A stretch of 63,748 bases of DNA, counting the filler, from Chiloscyllium plagiosum (lineage: Eukaryota), in the NCBI RefSeq assembly GCF_004010195.1. It is 4 parts of one record of this genome, joined end to end, with 100 filler letters (N's around TTAATTAATTAA, not from the genome) between each part and the next. Parts side by side here need not be neighbours in the genome. Positions count along the whole stretch, not along the records: positions 1 to 29,453 come from NC_057712.1; 3 more parts are not named here. One strand, 5' to 3'. Each line of letters begins with the position of its first letter. The stretch's first letter is position 1. Below, piece after piece: positions 11,450 to 24,619 of this stretch. The position numbers and the translations under genes are program-made. Under the pieces are notes generated by a model. It was not told the origin of the DNA and did not search any database. It was given only the letters and a program-made list of their open reading frames with translations.

Positions 11450-13800
11450 TGGCAAGCCATTCACTATGAAATTCCTACCTTGACCTGACTTTCTAAAATG
11501 TAAAACTTCACACATATCTATATTGTACTCCCATTTGCCATTTCTGATAACCGTCCATAATAACACCTATTTTAGTGTCATCTGCAACCTTAGTAATCAT
11601 GCCTTGTACATTCTCCTCCAAATCATTCATATTACAAACAACAATGGGCCCAGCAGTAATCCCTGAGGTACTCCACTAGTCACAGGCCTCTAGTCTGATT
11701 ACCATTCTTCCACTATTATCCTCTGCTTCCTACCATCAGGTCAATTGTGTATCCAATTTGCCAGCTTCCCCTGGATTGCATGTGATCTAACCTTTCAGAA
11801 TAGCTTGCTATGTGGAACCTTATCACAGGCCTTGCTGGAATCCATATAAACAACAATTACCGCCCTGCTCTTGTCAACCTTCACTTCATCAAAGAGCTGT
11901 AACAAATTTGTGAGACATGATTTCCCACACACAAAGCTGTGCTGACTACTGATTAGATTAGATTAGATTACTTACAGTGTGGAAACAGGCCCTTCGGCCC
12001 AACAAGTCCACACCGCCCCGCCGAAGCGTAACCCATCCATACCCCTACATCTACATCTACCCCTTACCTAACACTCCGGACAATTTAGCATGGCCAATTC
12101 ACCTGACCTGCACATCTTTGGACTGTGGGAGGAAACCGGAGCCCCCGGAGCAAACCCACGCAGACACGGGGAGAATGTGCAAACTCCACACAGTCAGTTG
12201 CCTGAGGCGGGAATTGAACCCGGGTCTCTGGTGCTATCAGGCAGCAGTGCTAACCACCGTGCCACTCCTAATCAAATCCTGTCTTTCTCGAATGCATTTA
12301 TGTCTTATATCTCAGAATATTCTCAAGTAATTTACCAATCACAGAAGTTAGGCTTACTGGTCTATAGTCTCCAGGTTTTCTTTTGCAACCCTCCAGGACT
12401 CACCCTTGGCTAACGATAATGCAAAAATATCAGCCAGGGTCCCCACAATTTCTTCTGTAGCCTGTTGAGGTATTCTTGGATATATCTGGTCATCCAGGAG
12501 ATTTACCCATCTCCATACATTCTAAGACGTTCAACATCGCCTCTACTGTGATTTGGACTGTCCTCAAGATATGACCACAAACTTCCCCAAGTTCCCATGT
12601 CTTCATGTCTTTATCCATGGCAAACACAGAGGAAAAAAATAATCATTGAGGACCTCCATCATCTCCTGCAGTTCTACACGTCCATGTCCACTTTGGTCCT
12701 TGAGGGGTCCTGTTCTCTCTAGTTTCCTTTAATATGCTTAAAGAATCTCTTTTGATTCACCCTAATCTTCTCATGCAAGCTATCTTGTGCTCTCCTTTAG
12801 TCCTCCTGATTTCCTCCTTCAGTAAATTCCTGTATCCCTTACATACCTCCAGGGATTTACTTGATCCCAGCTGCCTGTATCTGAGCCATGCCTCCTTTTT
12901 TTTCTGTACAAAGCCTCAATATCTCTTGTCATCCAGGGTTTCCTATTCCTACCAACTATGGCCTTCACCCTCACAGGAACATATAGACCTTGAACTCTAG
13001 CTGTCTCACTTTTAAAGGCTCCCTGCTTGCTGGAGGTCCCTTTTTCCTGTAACCAAACTACTCCAATCAACCCCTGCAAGCTCCTCACTAATTTCATCAA
13101 CATTTGCCTTGCCCCAATTTAGAACCTGAACCTGTGGACTAGTTTTGTCCCCCTCCATAACTGTCTTAAAATTAATAGAACTATGATCACTGGTCCCAAA
13201 GTACTCCCCCAATGTCACCTCCATCACCTGCCCTGCCCTATTTCCCAAGAGTAGGTCGAATATTGCCCATTCCCAAATAGGACCCTCTCCATACTGCTTG
13301 AGGAAACCTTCCTGAATACCCTTAACAAATTCCACCCCATCAAAGTGCTTAATGCTATGGCAATCCCAGTCTATGTTAGGAGACTTAAAATCCCCTACAA
13401 TGACAACCATAAGTCTCCCTGCACATTTGATCATGTAATTCCTGTTGACTATTTGGGGGCCAATAGTACAACCCTAATAATGTCACCCATCCTTCTTATT
13501 TCCTAGCTTCACCCACTGGATATCCTTCAGTTACTTCATCATTGATTACTGCTGTGATACTCATCTGATTCAAAAATGCAACTCCCCTCCCCTCTTTCAA
13601 CCACCTCTGTCCCACTTAAAGTACCTGTAACCTGACACATTAAGCTGCCAGTCCTGTCCTCCTTTAGTCATGTTTCTGTAATGGCTATAAAATTCCAGTC
13701 CCACATACCTATCCACGCCCTGAGTTCGTTGGCCTTACCTGTCAGCCCTTTTGCATTGAAATAGATGCAATTTAATACAAAAGGCATTCCTTGTTCCCTG
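11450..13800 (-). mobile_element. CR1 LINE ORF2 remnant (APE to RT)
   Basis: VVIVGDFKSPNIDW...FDLLLGN...GTSDH; NRKPWMTRDIEAL. Confidence 0.85.
11951..12266 (-). mobile_element. HE1-type V-SINE, full length, inside CR1
   Basis: Head, V-domain and (AATCT)n tail all present. Confidence 0.9.
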
Positions 13801-14314
13801 TCTTCAGTGCAATGTAGTCCCATAACAAGACTGTGTTTCTGTATTCACAGTACAATAACAGTTCAATGTTCAGTGTCTGTGCATTACATAAGCCTTCTTC
13901 ATCTGATCCTCATAGTCTGTTCTCCCACATGCTCAGCCAGCTTACCATTAGTTAAATCTCTGCTGTTCATCTTAGCAGTTGCTTGTGGTTGTAAGTTCCA
14001 TATTGGACCGACTTTGAGTAAAATGCTACTTTCCCAATGCATTTTATTTTGTTATGCATTCATGAGATATGGGTGTACTGTCGTTGAATAACACTAGTAT
14101 TCATTGGCCATTCCTAATCAGTATTGAGAAGGTAATCACTTAGAGTCAGAGTTGTACAGCATGGAAACATACCAACTTGTCCATGCCAAACTTCTTGAAT
14201 CACTGCAGTTTGAGGTTTAAGGATACTCTGTGCTGTTAGGGAGGGAGTTCCAGAATTTTATCTCTCATGACAATGAATGGCAGCAGATATGAAATAAGCC
14301 GTTATAGTCCTTGG

Positions 14315-14765
14315 GGAGGCAGTGCCAAAGTAGTAACCCTGGTGAAGGGCTTTTGCCCGAAACATTGATTTTCCTGCTCCTCAGATGCTACCTGAACTGC
14401 TGTGCTTTTCCAGCACCACTCTAATCTAGAATCTGGTTTCCAGCATCTGTAGTTCCTTGTTTTTACCTAGTAAATGTGGGCCAACATTCTGGGGGCAAGG
14501 TTCAAGTCTCAAAATGACAGATGGTGAAATCTGAATTCATTAAAATCTGAAATAGGCAAGCTGGTCAGTTTTTTGTAAAAAAAAATATCTAATTTCCTAA
14601 TGTCCGATAGGGATATTGGGAATTAAATCTGGCCTGGCCTGTATGTATCTCTCAATCTACATCAATGTGATTGACTTTTCACTGCCTTCTGAGTAATTAG
14701 GGATGGATTATAAATGTTGACTTAGCCAGTGACATCCTTATTCTATGGGCAAATAATAAAAAAAA
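14315..14765 (+). mobile_element. DeuSINE-like (SacSINE1/AmnSINE1-type) copy with a PLE pseudo-LTR inserted at 14337-14467
   Basis: ggttcaagtc...gatggtgaaatctgaattc...taattagggatgg...aataaaaaa. The insert is flanked by tagtaa (14331-14336 and 14468-14473) and starts at a degenerate hammerhead. Confidence 0.55.
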
Positions 14766-14804
14766 ACAAGAATGTCAAATTTCAAATGATCGCAGTGGAA
14801 TTGC

Positions 14805-16485
14805 AGGAGAGCAGGAGTAGGCTATTTAACTCCTTGAGACACTTCTCCGTTCACAATTATTATTGATCATCAAACTCGATATTCTAATCCTGACCTCCCT
14901 CCATATCCCTTGATCCCTTTAGCCACAAGATACAAATCTGCGTCTTTCTTGAAAACATGCAATGTTCTGGCCTCACTCACTTTGTCTGTGGTAGTGAATT
15001 CCACAGGCTTACCACATTCTGGATGAAGAAATTTCTCTTCATTTAAGAACCTAAAAGGTTAATCCCTTATCTTTAAACTATAACCCCTGTTTCTGAACTC
15101 CCCACCATCGGGTACATCCTTCCTGCATCTAACCTCTCTAGTCCTGTTAGAATTTTATAATTTTCTGAGATCACTTCTCATTCTTCTGCTTTTCATAGCA
15201 AACAATCCTAACCTATTCAACCTCTGCTTGTATGCCCGTCCTGCTATCCCAGGAGTCAATTTCATAAACATTCACTGCACTCCCACTTACAGCAAGAACA
15301 TCCCTCTACATATAAAGAGGCCAAAACTGTGTACAATATTTCCAAGTGTGGCCTCACTAGTGCTTTCTGCTGCAGCAAGACATCCTTATCCCTGTACTCA
15401 AATCCTCTTGCAATAAAGGCTAACATACATTTATTGCATGCTGCACCTGCATGCTTACTGTCAGCAACTGGTACATGAAGACACCTATATCTTGTTAAAG
15501 ATTCCTCTGTCTTTCTCAATTTACAGCCATTAAAATGCCTTTGTATTTTTGGGAGCAAAGTGGATGAGCTCACATATTATATTGCATCCGTGCATTTGCA
15601 ACTCACTCAGTCTGCCTGAATCACATTGCATATAACTCTGCATCCTCCTCACAGCTCACCCTTCCTCCCAGCTTTCTGTCATCTTTCAGTTGAGATATTA
15701 CATTTAGTTCCCTCATCTAAATCATGAACATATATTGTGAGTAATGGGGATCCTACACTGTGGTACCCCACTAGTCAATGCCTGCCATTCAGAAGGCAAA
15801 TAATTTATTCCTCCTCCTTATTTGCTGTTTGCTAACCAGTTTTCTATCCATGTAAATATACTGCCGTCAATCCTATACGCTCTAATTTTACGCATTAATC
15901 TCTTATGTGGGACTTTGTTTAAAGTCTCTGATGTGTCCAAATAAACCACACCCATTGGGTCCTCCTGATTAACTCTAATTGTTAATTACTCAAAGAATTC
16001 CAGTAGATTTGTCAACCACGACACTGCCTGATTCTACCAATGTTTTCCAAAGTGCTCTGCTATAAAATCCTTGATAATGGGCTCTCCCAACATCAGACTC
16101 ACTGACGTATAATTCTGTTTTCTCTCTACCTCATTTTACCTGTCATGCTTTAGGGATTCATCAGCTTTCGATCCCATCAATTTCTCAGCACAGTTTCTCT
16201 ACAAATGCAGATTTGCTTCCATTCCTCTCTCTCACTAAAACCTGTGTACTCCATTATTTCTGGTATGTTATTTGTGTCCTCATTTGTGAAGACAGAAGCA
16301 AAATATGTGAAGCTTGAACATTAAACTATAAGATATAGGAGCAGAATTAGACCATTCAGCCTATCGAGTCTGCTCTTCCATTTGAACATGGCTGCTATGT
16401 TTCTCATCTCTGCTCTCCAGCCTTCTCACTGTAACCCTTGATCCCTTATCAAAGAAGTACCTATCTATCTCTGTCTTACATATAC
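14805..16485 (-). mobile_element. Old CR1 LINE fragments
   Basis: MLAFIARGFEYRDKDVLLQ...LVRPHLE; CR1 3' UTR sequences. Confidence 0.75.
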
Positions 16486-18147
16486 TCAACAAAGGAGGCA
16501 AGGTGCTGAGAAATTTCCTGACTGCTCCCAGTCCTCCTCTAACCCAAGGTATGTATTCCTTTTGAGAAGCTCTAACCTCTTGTAACATTGCCACAGTGTC
16601 ATTGCCTGCTGCCTTAGTCTTGGTACAGCAAAGGTGGGGCCACTGTGCCTATACATAACAAACCCTATCATTGGTATGTCACATGGTGAAACACCATATT
16701 GCGCTGTAGTGCCAAGCCAGTGATGTGTCACACAAATGGGCGACGCATCTGTTGACTGTGTACTCCATGTAACTGAAACAAGAAGCAGCAGAGGTGAATT
16801 GGGATGTGCCAGCTCCACGCTTTACTAACCATGGCCCAGACACCCTGATCTAGATAGTTAGAGGGATATACACTTCCAGTAGGTCATAAGACATCTCCAC
16901 CTTCACAAAAAGGGGTTGGATCTACGTCACTCAGGTTGTCAGTGCTTCAGGGTGACGATGAAAGTTGAGACAGTACCACTAATCCTTCGTTGATCTGCTG
17001 CCTTTGGAAAGGTGAAGGTGAAATTTATTGTCCAGTGCTTCACATTGAATCCTGTAATATGTCTGCTGGACACAAGTCACATGAAAATCCTTAACTTAGG
17101 AGGACTAGGCCAAATCCCTCACTGATGCAGTGACAACTGACAAGGCTGCTAACAATGTGATGCTATTTCAAATCAGATGGAAGAGATTTCGATTTCCATG
17201 AAGGAAGGAACCCCTTCAGTCTGAGTCGAATGGTTAAGAGCAAGGGGCACACTTTTAAAGTGTAAGGCAGGAGGGTTTGATGAAAATATTTTCACCCAGA
17301 GGGTGGTGGGTGTCTGAAATGCTGTGCCGCGAAGGGTAGTCAAAGTGGGAATCACGTCAATCTATAAACAATACTTGGATGAGCACATGAAGTGTCATAA
17401 TGTTCAAGCTATGGGCCTAGTGTGGGAAAGTGGGACTAATGTAGGTAGTAGTACCTACTTGATGAGCCGAAAGATAGTAAGGTCACTATGCACTGTAGAG
17501 ATAAGGGGCTTTGGTTGCCACCAGAGCCCTATCCAAGCGATTTGGGAGGAACAGTAAATACCCCATTCTAGATACATATGCCCGTGCAGGTATAATTCTT
17601 GGGAAGTCTGTGGTGATGATTTTCATGGGTCTTGGGGAATAGTAAGCAGTGGTTTTTGATGGTGGTGACATTCTGTCTGTAAGGAAAATGGAGTCTGATT
17701 GTGTGCAGGGATAGCAGTGAGGACCTCCAGGTCTTCCTCTGCTAAGCATCTCTTCTTTCTTTTACAACTCCGACATTAAATGTTAAACTGCAAACCTATT
17801 TCTGATCTTCGCTACCTGATGAACTACCCTCCCAGGTTCTACTCTTAACAAGATCGCCATTTTAATAAGATCACCTATTATTCTTCTAAAATGTGATGCA
17901 TACAAGCTGCATTTGTTCAATCTTTCTTTGTAAGATATGTCCTGCATCCCAAGAATGAGTTCAAGTGAATCTTCTCTATACTGTGTTTTTAGTACAGTTG
18001 TATCTTTTTCAGATAAGGAGATTGATCTCACCAAGGCCCAGTATAGCTACAGTAAAACTTACAATTTTTATACTCCATTTCCCATGTAAGAAACACCAGA
18101 TCATTGATTCTTCAATAGTGTTGTTCTTTTACCAGTGGAGATGTTTT

Positions 18148-20975
18148 CCTGTATTGGTCAGAGCATTGAGTATGGGAGTTGGGAGGTCATGTTGCAGCTA
18201 AACAGGATGTTGGTTAGGCCACTTTTGGAATATTGTGTGCAATTCTGGTCTCCTCCTTATTGGAAGGATGTTGTAAAACTTGAAAGGGTTCAGAAAAGAT
18301 TTACAATGATGTTGTCAGGGTTGGAGGATTTGAGATACTGGGAGAGGCTGAATAGGCTGGGGCTGTTTTCCCTGGAGCGTCGGAGGCTGGGAGGTGACCT
18401 TATAGGTTTACAAATTTATGAGGGGCATGGATAGACAAAGTCTTTACTCTGGGGTGGGGGTATCCAGAACTAGAGGGCATAGGTTTAGGGTGAGGGGGAA
18501 AGATATAAAACAGACCTAAGAGGCAACTTTTTCACACAGAGGGTGGTGCGTATATGGAATGAGCTGCCAAAGGAAATGGTGGAGGCTGGTACAATTGCAG
18601 CATTTAAAAAGCAGCTGGATGGGTAAATGTAAGGCAATGGGTAGGTTGCTCTTCGAAGGGTTGGTGTGGACTTGTTGGGCTGAAGGGCCTGTTTCCACAC
18701 TAGGGAATCTAATCAAATCTGTATGAATAAGAAGGATTTAGAGGGATATGGGCCAAGTGCTGGCAAATGGGACTGGATTAGGTTGGAATATCTGGTCGGC
18801 ATGGACGAGTTGGATTGAAGGGTCTGTTTCTGTGCTGTATATCTGTATGACTCTATCTAAAGTTAAAATGCATGGGATTAGGAGCAGTGTGCTGATTTAG
18901 GTACAAAAATGTGAAGTGATTCATTTTGGAAGGTTGAATTTGAACGCAGGTTACAGGGTTAAAGACAGGATTCTTGGCAATGTGGAGGAACAGAGAGATC
19001 TTGGGGACCACTCCATAGATCCCTCAAAGTTGCCACCCAAGCTGATAGGGTTGTTAAGAAGGTGGATGATGTGTTGGCTTTCATTGGCAGGGGGATTGAG
19101 AGCTGTGAAGTTATGCTGCAGATCTATAAAGCCCTGGTTAGACCATATTTGGAACATTGTGTTCACTTCTGGTTGCCTCATTATAGGAAGATGTGGAAGC
19201 TTTAGAGAAGGTGCAGAGGAGGTTTACAGGATGCTGCCTGGACTGGAGAGCATGTCTTATGAAGAAAGGTTGGGGGTGCTAGGGCTTTTCTCACAGGAAT
19301 GAAGAAGGATGAGAGGTGACTTGGTAGAGATGTGCAGGATGATGAGAGTCATAGATAGTGTGGATAGCCAGAGACTTATTCCTAGGGTGGACATGGCTAT
19401 CATGAGGAAGCATAATTTTAAGGTGATTGGAGGAAGGTTTAGGGGAGACATCAGAGATAGGTTCTTTACACAGAGTGGTGGGTGCATGGAATGCATTGCC
19501 AGCAGTGGTAGTAGAGTCAGATGTATTAGGACATTTAAGCGACACTTGACTAGGCACATGGATGATATTAAAATGTGAGGTATGTGGATCTTGGAATAGG
19601 ATAAAAGATTGGCACAACATCGAGGGCCGAAGGGCCTGTACTGTGCTGCACTGTTTTTTGTTCTATGTAGTAATCGGTGACTAGTGGAGTACCACAGGGA
19701 TCAGTGCACGAACCCTCGCTTTTCACAATCTGTGTTTATCATTTAGATGAGCGAACTAGGTATAATATATCCAAGTTTGCAGACAACACAAAGCTGGGTT
19801 TGAGGATGAACTGTGAGGAGAACACAGATGTTTCAGTGAGATTTGAAGAAGTTGAAAAAGTGGGCAAATGCATGGTGGATTAAGTACAATGTGGATAAAT
19901 ATGAGACTGTCCATTTTGGTTGCAAAGACAGAAACATATGTTATTATCTGAAGCACGACAGATTGGGAAAGGAGGAGGTACAATAATACTTGCATGTCCT
20001 TTTATACCAGTTGCTGAAATCAAGCAGGTGGTGAAGATGGCAAATGCTATTTTGGCTTTATAGTGAAGGAATTGAATACATGAGTAGGGATATCTTGTTG
20101 CGGTTGTGCAGGCCATTGGTGAAACACCCTGGAGTATTGGGTATAGTTTTCATCTCTTTACCTGAGGAAGGATATTCTGGATATGGAGAAAATGCACTGA
20201 AGATTTACCAGACTGAATTTTGGGATGGCAAGATTGGTGTGAAGAGAGAGACAAGATGAGTTAGGATGGTATTCCCTGAAGTTTAGAAGAATGAGTTCAT
20301 AGAAGCCTATAAAATTCTAACTGGACTAGACAGCGTAAATGCAGAAAGGGTATTTCTGATAATCTGGGGAGTCTGAACCACAGGTCACAGTCTTGAGAAT
20401 TTAGGTCATTTAGGTCTGAGATGAAAATAAATTTCTACATCCAGAGAATGGTGAGCTTGTGTTATTCTATGCCAAAGAAAGTCGTTGAGGCCAAAACATT
20501 GACCGTTTAAAGGAGGAGTTAGACATACTTGTCTAATTCGAGGGTATAGGGAGAGAACCCAAGAATGTGGTGCTGAGTTTGATGATCAGCTCATTTATGA
20601 GAAATGTGAGGTGAGCTCATGTAGGACTTCTAAGTGGCTTGAAAGGTAAATGCTGAGAGGATTCTTTGCCTCATGGGAGAATCTAGGACAAGCGAGCATA
20701 GTTTGAGAATTAAGGGGTGCTGATTTAAGACTGAGATGAAGAGAAATTTCTTCTCTCAGGTGGTTGTGAGTCTTTTGAACTCCTTGCCACAGAGAGCTTT
20801 GGAGGCAGAGTCCTTTTATATATTTAAGGCCCAGATTCTTGATCATTCAGGGAATCCAGAGTGATGAGGAAAATGGATGTGAGAAGAGTCAGATCAGCCA
20901 TGATCCTATTAATTGGTGGAGCAGGCTTAAGAGGCCAAACAGCCTACTCCTGTTCCTATTTCTTATGGTTTTATG
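18148..20975 (+). mobile_element. Tandem cluster of CR1 3' fragments (at least four copies) with an HE1 tail at 18620-18720
   Basis: Repeated LEYCVQFWSP, RGDL and SGVPQGSV...KFADNTK motifs; several distinct CR1 tails. Confidence 0.85.
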
Positions 20976-21589
20976 ATATTATCTGAAAAGGGAAAAAAGT
21001 GTAGTGCTGTGGCAGTGTTGTGGCATTTGATGAATTAATCATTCAGAAAGTCAGTACAGGTATGACAAATTGAATGGCCACCTTCTGCACTTGTAACCAT
21101 TCTGTGATTCACAATGAAGAGTTCTATATGCTAAGGCCAACAACCATGGCTGTCATTGTCACAGAGCCAAAACCATGAGCAAACTGCATCTACCTCCTAC
21201 CAGGTAACAGGAGGTGTTGTGTGAGAAAGTAAACATTCAGAGGGCATTGTATCCTGTGGAATGCTGAGTGTGTCACTATGCTTCAGTGTTTCAATATGTA
21301 CGTGACAAACCATTTGTAATGCTGGAGTGAAGCAGCTGGTTTTGTCAATAGTTTGCATGTTGTTTACATAATGAATAAACACTTAGAAGCAGGAGTAGGT
21401 CTTTTGTTTGATTTGAGCCTGCTCTGCTATTTGATAATTTTATCTGATTGTGACCTTCACTTAATGTTTACTTGCATCACTAGTTACTTAGTGTATACAC
21501 AGGAATTATGTCAGTGGAGACTGTGGCTAGTAGACAGAGTAGACAATCTTTACAGGTTGAATATATTAGGAAGGCAGTTGACTTGGTTG

Positions 21590-21885
21590 CCATCCATATG
21601 AGAGCCTTGGCCTCAAAGAGTGCCAGGCGAGCGTTCTCTGTGCCATTGGCTGATTCACTGTTGGTTCAGGAGGGTCTGAATAATATTAACGTCCTGCATG
21701 ACCTCTGCACCACATGCTGGTGCTCCTTCATGCCATTTTTCTATAGTGCACCCTGTAACTCTTTGTCCTCTGAGTCCCCAGGCCTTCCGCTCTTCCTTTG
21801 AGAATAATGGACGTTGCTTGCTCTTTGCCTCCTCAAATGCCACATCCCTGTTATGCAATATGCAGCATATGATGACCCTTTAGCA
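21590..21885 (-). mobile_element. Possible PIF/Harbinger transposase C-terminal remnant
   Basis: Minus strand reads VIICCILHN followed by an acidic stretch, resembling the Harbinger CCxLHN motif. Single motif only. Confidence 0.3.
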
Positions 21886-22103
21886 GTTTGTGGTTTTTCA
21901 CTCACTTGTGAAACTTGGGCATTTGATGGCTGGCCAACATTAATTGCTCATCTGTCGTTGCCCTTGAGAAGGTGGCGGTGAGCTGCCTTCTTGAACTACT
22001 ATAGTCCATATGCTCTAGTTGAACTAAAATGCCCTTAGAGAGAGAATTCCAAGGTTTTGACCCAGTGACGGTGATATGACAGGATAGTGAGTAGCTTGGA
22101 GGG

Positions 22104-22752
22104 AACACAGCCAGAATCCCTAACTTCCTTACCATACATCAAAGAAGTTTCAGAAATGACAGCCAGACTACTAAGACCCCTCGGAATCCTAGTAGCACAC
22201 AAACCCATCAACACTCTCAAACAAAAATTAACAAACTTAAATGACCCAGTACAACCCATGGACAAAACCAATGTCATCTTCAAAATTCCATGCAAGGACT
22301 GCCACAAACAGTATGTAGGACAAACAGGAAGAAAATTAGCCACCAGGATACACGAACACCAGCTAGCCACAAAAAGGCACGGCACTCTCTCCCTCGTAGC
22401 CCTACACACGGATGAAAAAAAACACCATTTCGACTGGGACAACACATCTATCCTGGGACAGGCTAAACAAAGACATGCCAGAGAATTCCTAGAGGCCTGG
22501 CACTCCAACCACAACGCCATAAACAAACACATAGATCTAGATACCATCTATCAACCCCTCAGAAATCAAACAGGAAATGACATCACCACAAACCCCAGGA
22601 ACCCCATCCAGGACAAACATATAAAAAGAAAGCAGGAAACAACAGCTTCGCTTCACATGGAGGTCGCCACTGATGATGTTACCTAGCCAGGTAATGAAAC
22701 GTCTGGATATCAAACCTACAGCTCAGCGAGCAAACCTACATCCTAAACCCAT
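22104..22752 (+). mobile_element. 5'-truncated PLE (Penelope/Poseidon type) with an open GIY-YIG endonuclease frame and a pseudo-LTR
   Basis: ORF 22087-22686: LPYIKEVSE...NVIFKIPCKDCHKQYVGQTGRKLATRIHEH...AREFLEAWH. Confidence 0.92.
22667..22706 (+). ncRNA. Minimal type I hammerhead ribozyme in the PLE pseudo-LTR
   Basis: cca-CTGATGA-t-gttacct-agcc-aggtaat-GAAAC-GTC-tgg: intact core, stem II, palindromic ACGT helix III and stem I (cca/tgg). Confidence 0.8.
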
Positions 22753-23189
22753 AAACAATGGAGCTGAATTTTGGAGACAATGGATTTTGACTTAAATCTT
22801 TAAAAAAGAATGAAATTGATCCAAAGCTTTGATTGTTTGACTCTTGCAAGAAACCCTGAGAGACAAGAGGGTAAATTATGCATTGTGTTGAGCAGCACTC
22901 TGAGGAACTACTGGGGAATTGTATGTATATAGGCAGTGGGTGGAAAATCATCAGCAACCTTGGTGACAATGAGAATCCTGAATGAAACCCAACTTCCCCA
23001 ATGAATAATTGATATGTACCATTGACTTACAGCAAACAACAAATAATGGTATCTCAACTAATTTCTCTTAGGGCAGAAGGTTATAAGGATAATAACACTC
23101 CGTGAGGATAATATCGCTGTGAATTAGTGCAGTGTTGCAATTCATCAGGTAAAACGTAGGTTGCAAGTATGCATGAATATTTTGAGGTT

Positions 23190-24290
23190 AAGTTGATTGA
23201 ACTATTGTCACATGTACCGAAGTGCAGAGAAGGCATTATTTACGAGCAATACAGCAGATCGTAGTAAGCAAGGAAGTACGGATCAAAAATACTTAGACAG
23301 AGGCATGCAGGTTACATTGCATAAGGTGAGATCAACGTTAGCAAGATCGGCATTATTTGAGGATAGAGAGTCCATTTGTCAGTGTAATAATGGCTGGGAA
23401 GAAGCTGTTCCTGAACCTGCTGGTGCATGTGTTTAGGCTTTTGTATCTTCTGCCTGACTGAAGAGGTTGTAGGAGATCATGATACTGGGGTATGATGGGT
23501 CTTTGATGATGTTGGCAGCCCTTCTGCAGCAGCGAACTGTGTAAGTGGTGTCTATATATAGAAGGTTGGCTTCCGTAATAATATGGGCTTTGCACACCAT
23601 CTTCTGTAGTTTCTTATGCACCTGGACAGTACACTTTCGGTGATGCAGCTGTAGAAATTGGTGAGGGTCCTATGGGCGTGCCAAATTTCTGGAGCCGCCT
23701 GAGGAAGAAGAGGCATTGTTGTGCCTTCATGACTATCACATCTATGTGGAAAGTCCAGGACAGGTGGTCGGTTATTGTCACTCTGAGGAACTTGACGCTC
23801 TGCACCATCTCAACTTCGGTTCTGTTGATGTAGATGGGGGCATGTTCTCCTCCTTTCTTCCTGGAGTCAATGATCAGTTCTTTAGTTTTGCTGCTGTTGA
23901 GAGAGAGAGGTTGTTCTCATTGCACCAGGTCAGCAAGCCCTCTATCTCCCTTCTGTATTTTGACTTGTTGTTAGGTGTCCGTCCTACTACCATGGTGTCG
24001 TCAACGAACTTATAGATGGTGTTCGTTTGGAATTTGACAGGGAGTACAGTAGGGGGCTGAGGACTACAGTGTTGAGTGTTATGGAGGAGGTACAGTTACC
24101 TGTGTTCACTGATTGTGGTTTATGGGTCAGAAAGTTGAGGATCCAATGGCAGAGGGTGGAGCTGAGACCAAGGTCACCGAGAGGGGATGATAGTGTTGAA
24201 GGTAGAGCTGTAATCGATGAGCAAGAGTCTGACATATGTGTCTTTTTTTGTTCAGATTTTCCAGGGGTGACTGTAGAGCAGAGAGTGGTG
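23190..24290 (-). mobile_element. Rex1/Babar-like LINE 3' part
   Basis: LCHWILNFLT...VLSPLLYSL; VKFLRVTITDHLSW...KAQQCLFFLRRL; TSRFRNSFFPAII. Confidence 0.85.
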
Positions 24291-24619
24291 GTGTGGGAGA
24301 CATGTTACTCCATCTTGATCTTGTTACTTTCCAAATTGCTTTTCTTTAACTTATTCTCAATTAAATCTCTCCGAGATCTAACCCATCAAATTACCACCCT
24401 ATCACCATACCCTAGATTATCAGTAATGATATGTATTGATTGGCCTCCTTCTGTATTGTAAATTCTAAGATCCTGTGATGGAGTAGGTCATTGACAACCC
24501 TATCAATTGACACCTGTTCAGCAATAATCTGCTCACTGACACTTAGCTTAGACTCTGCCAGGGCCACTCAGCTCTTAAAATCTTTATAGCTGATGTCCAA
24601 TGCCAGACAGTAATGTTGA

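Noticed and set aside
11977..12413. Recurrent ORFs such as MWKQALRPNKST and HIFGLWEETGAP
   Set aside because: Translations of SINE copies, not a protein family.
16780..16880. Faint resemblance to a retroviral Env TM segment on the minus strand
   Set aside because: No CX6CC motif or immunosuppressive domain in frame.
22035..22547. 170-aa minus-strand ORF
   Set aside because: Antisense shadow of the PLE GIY-YIG frame.
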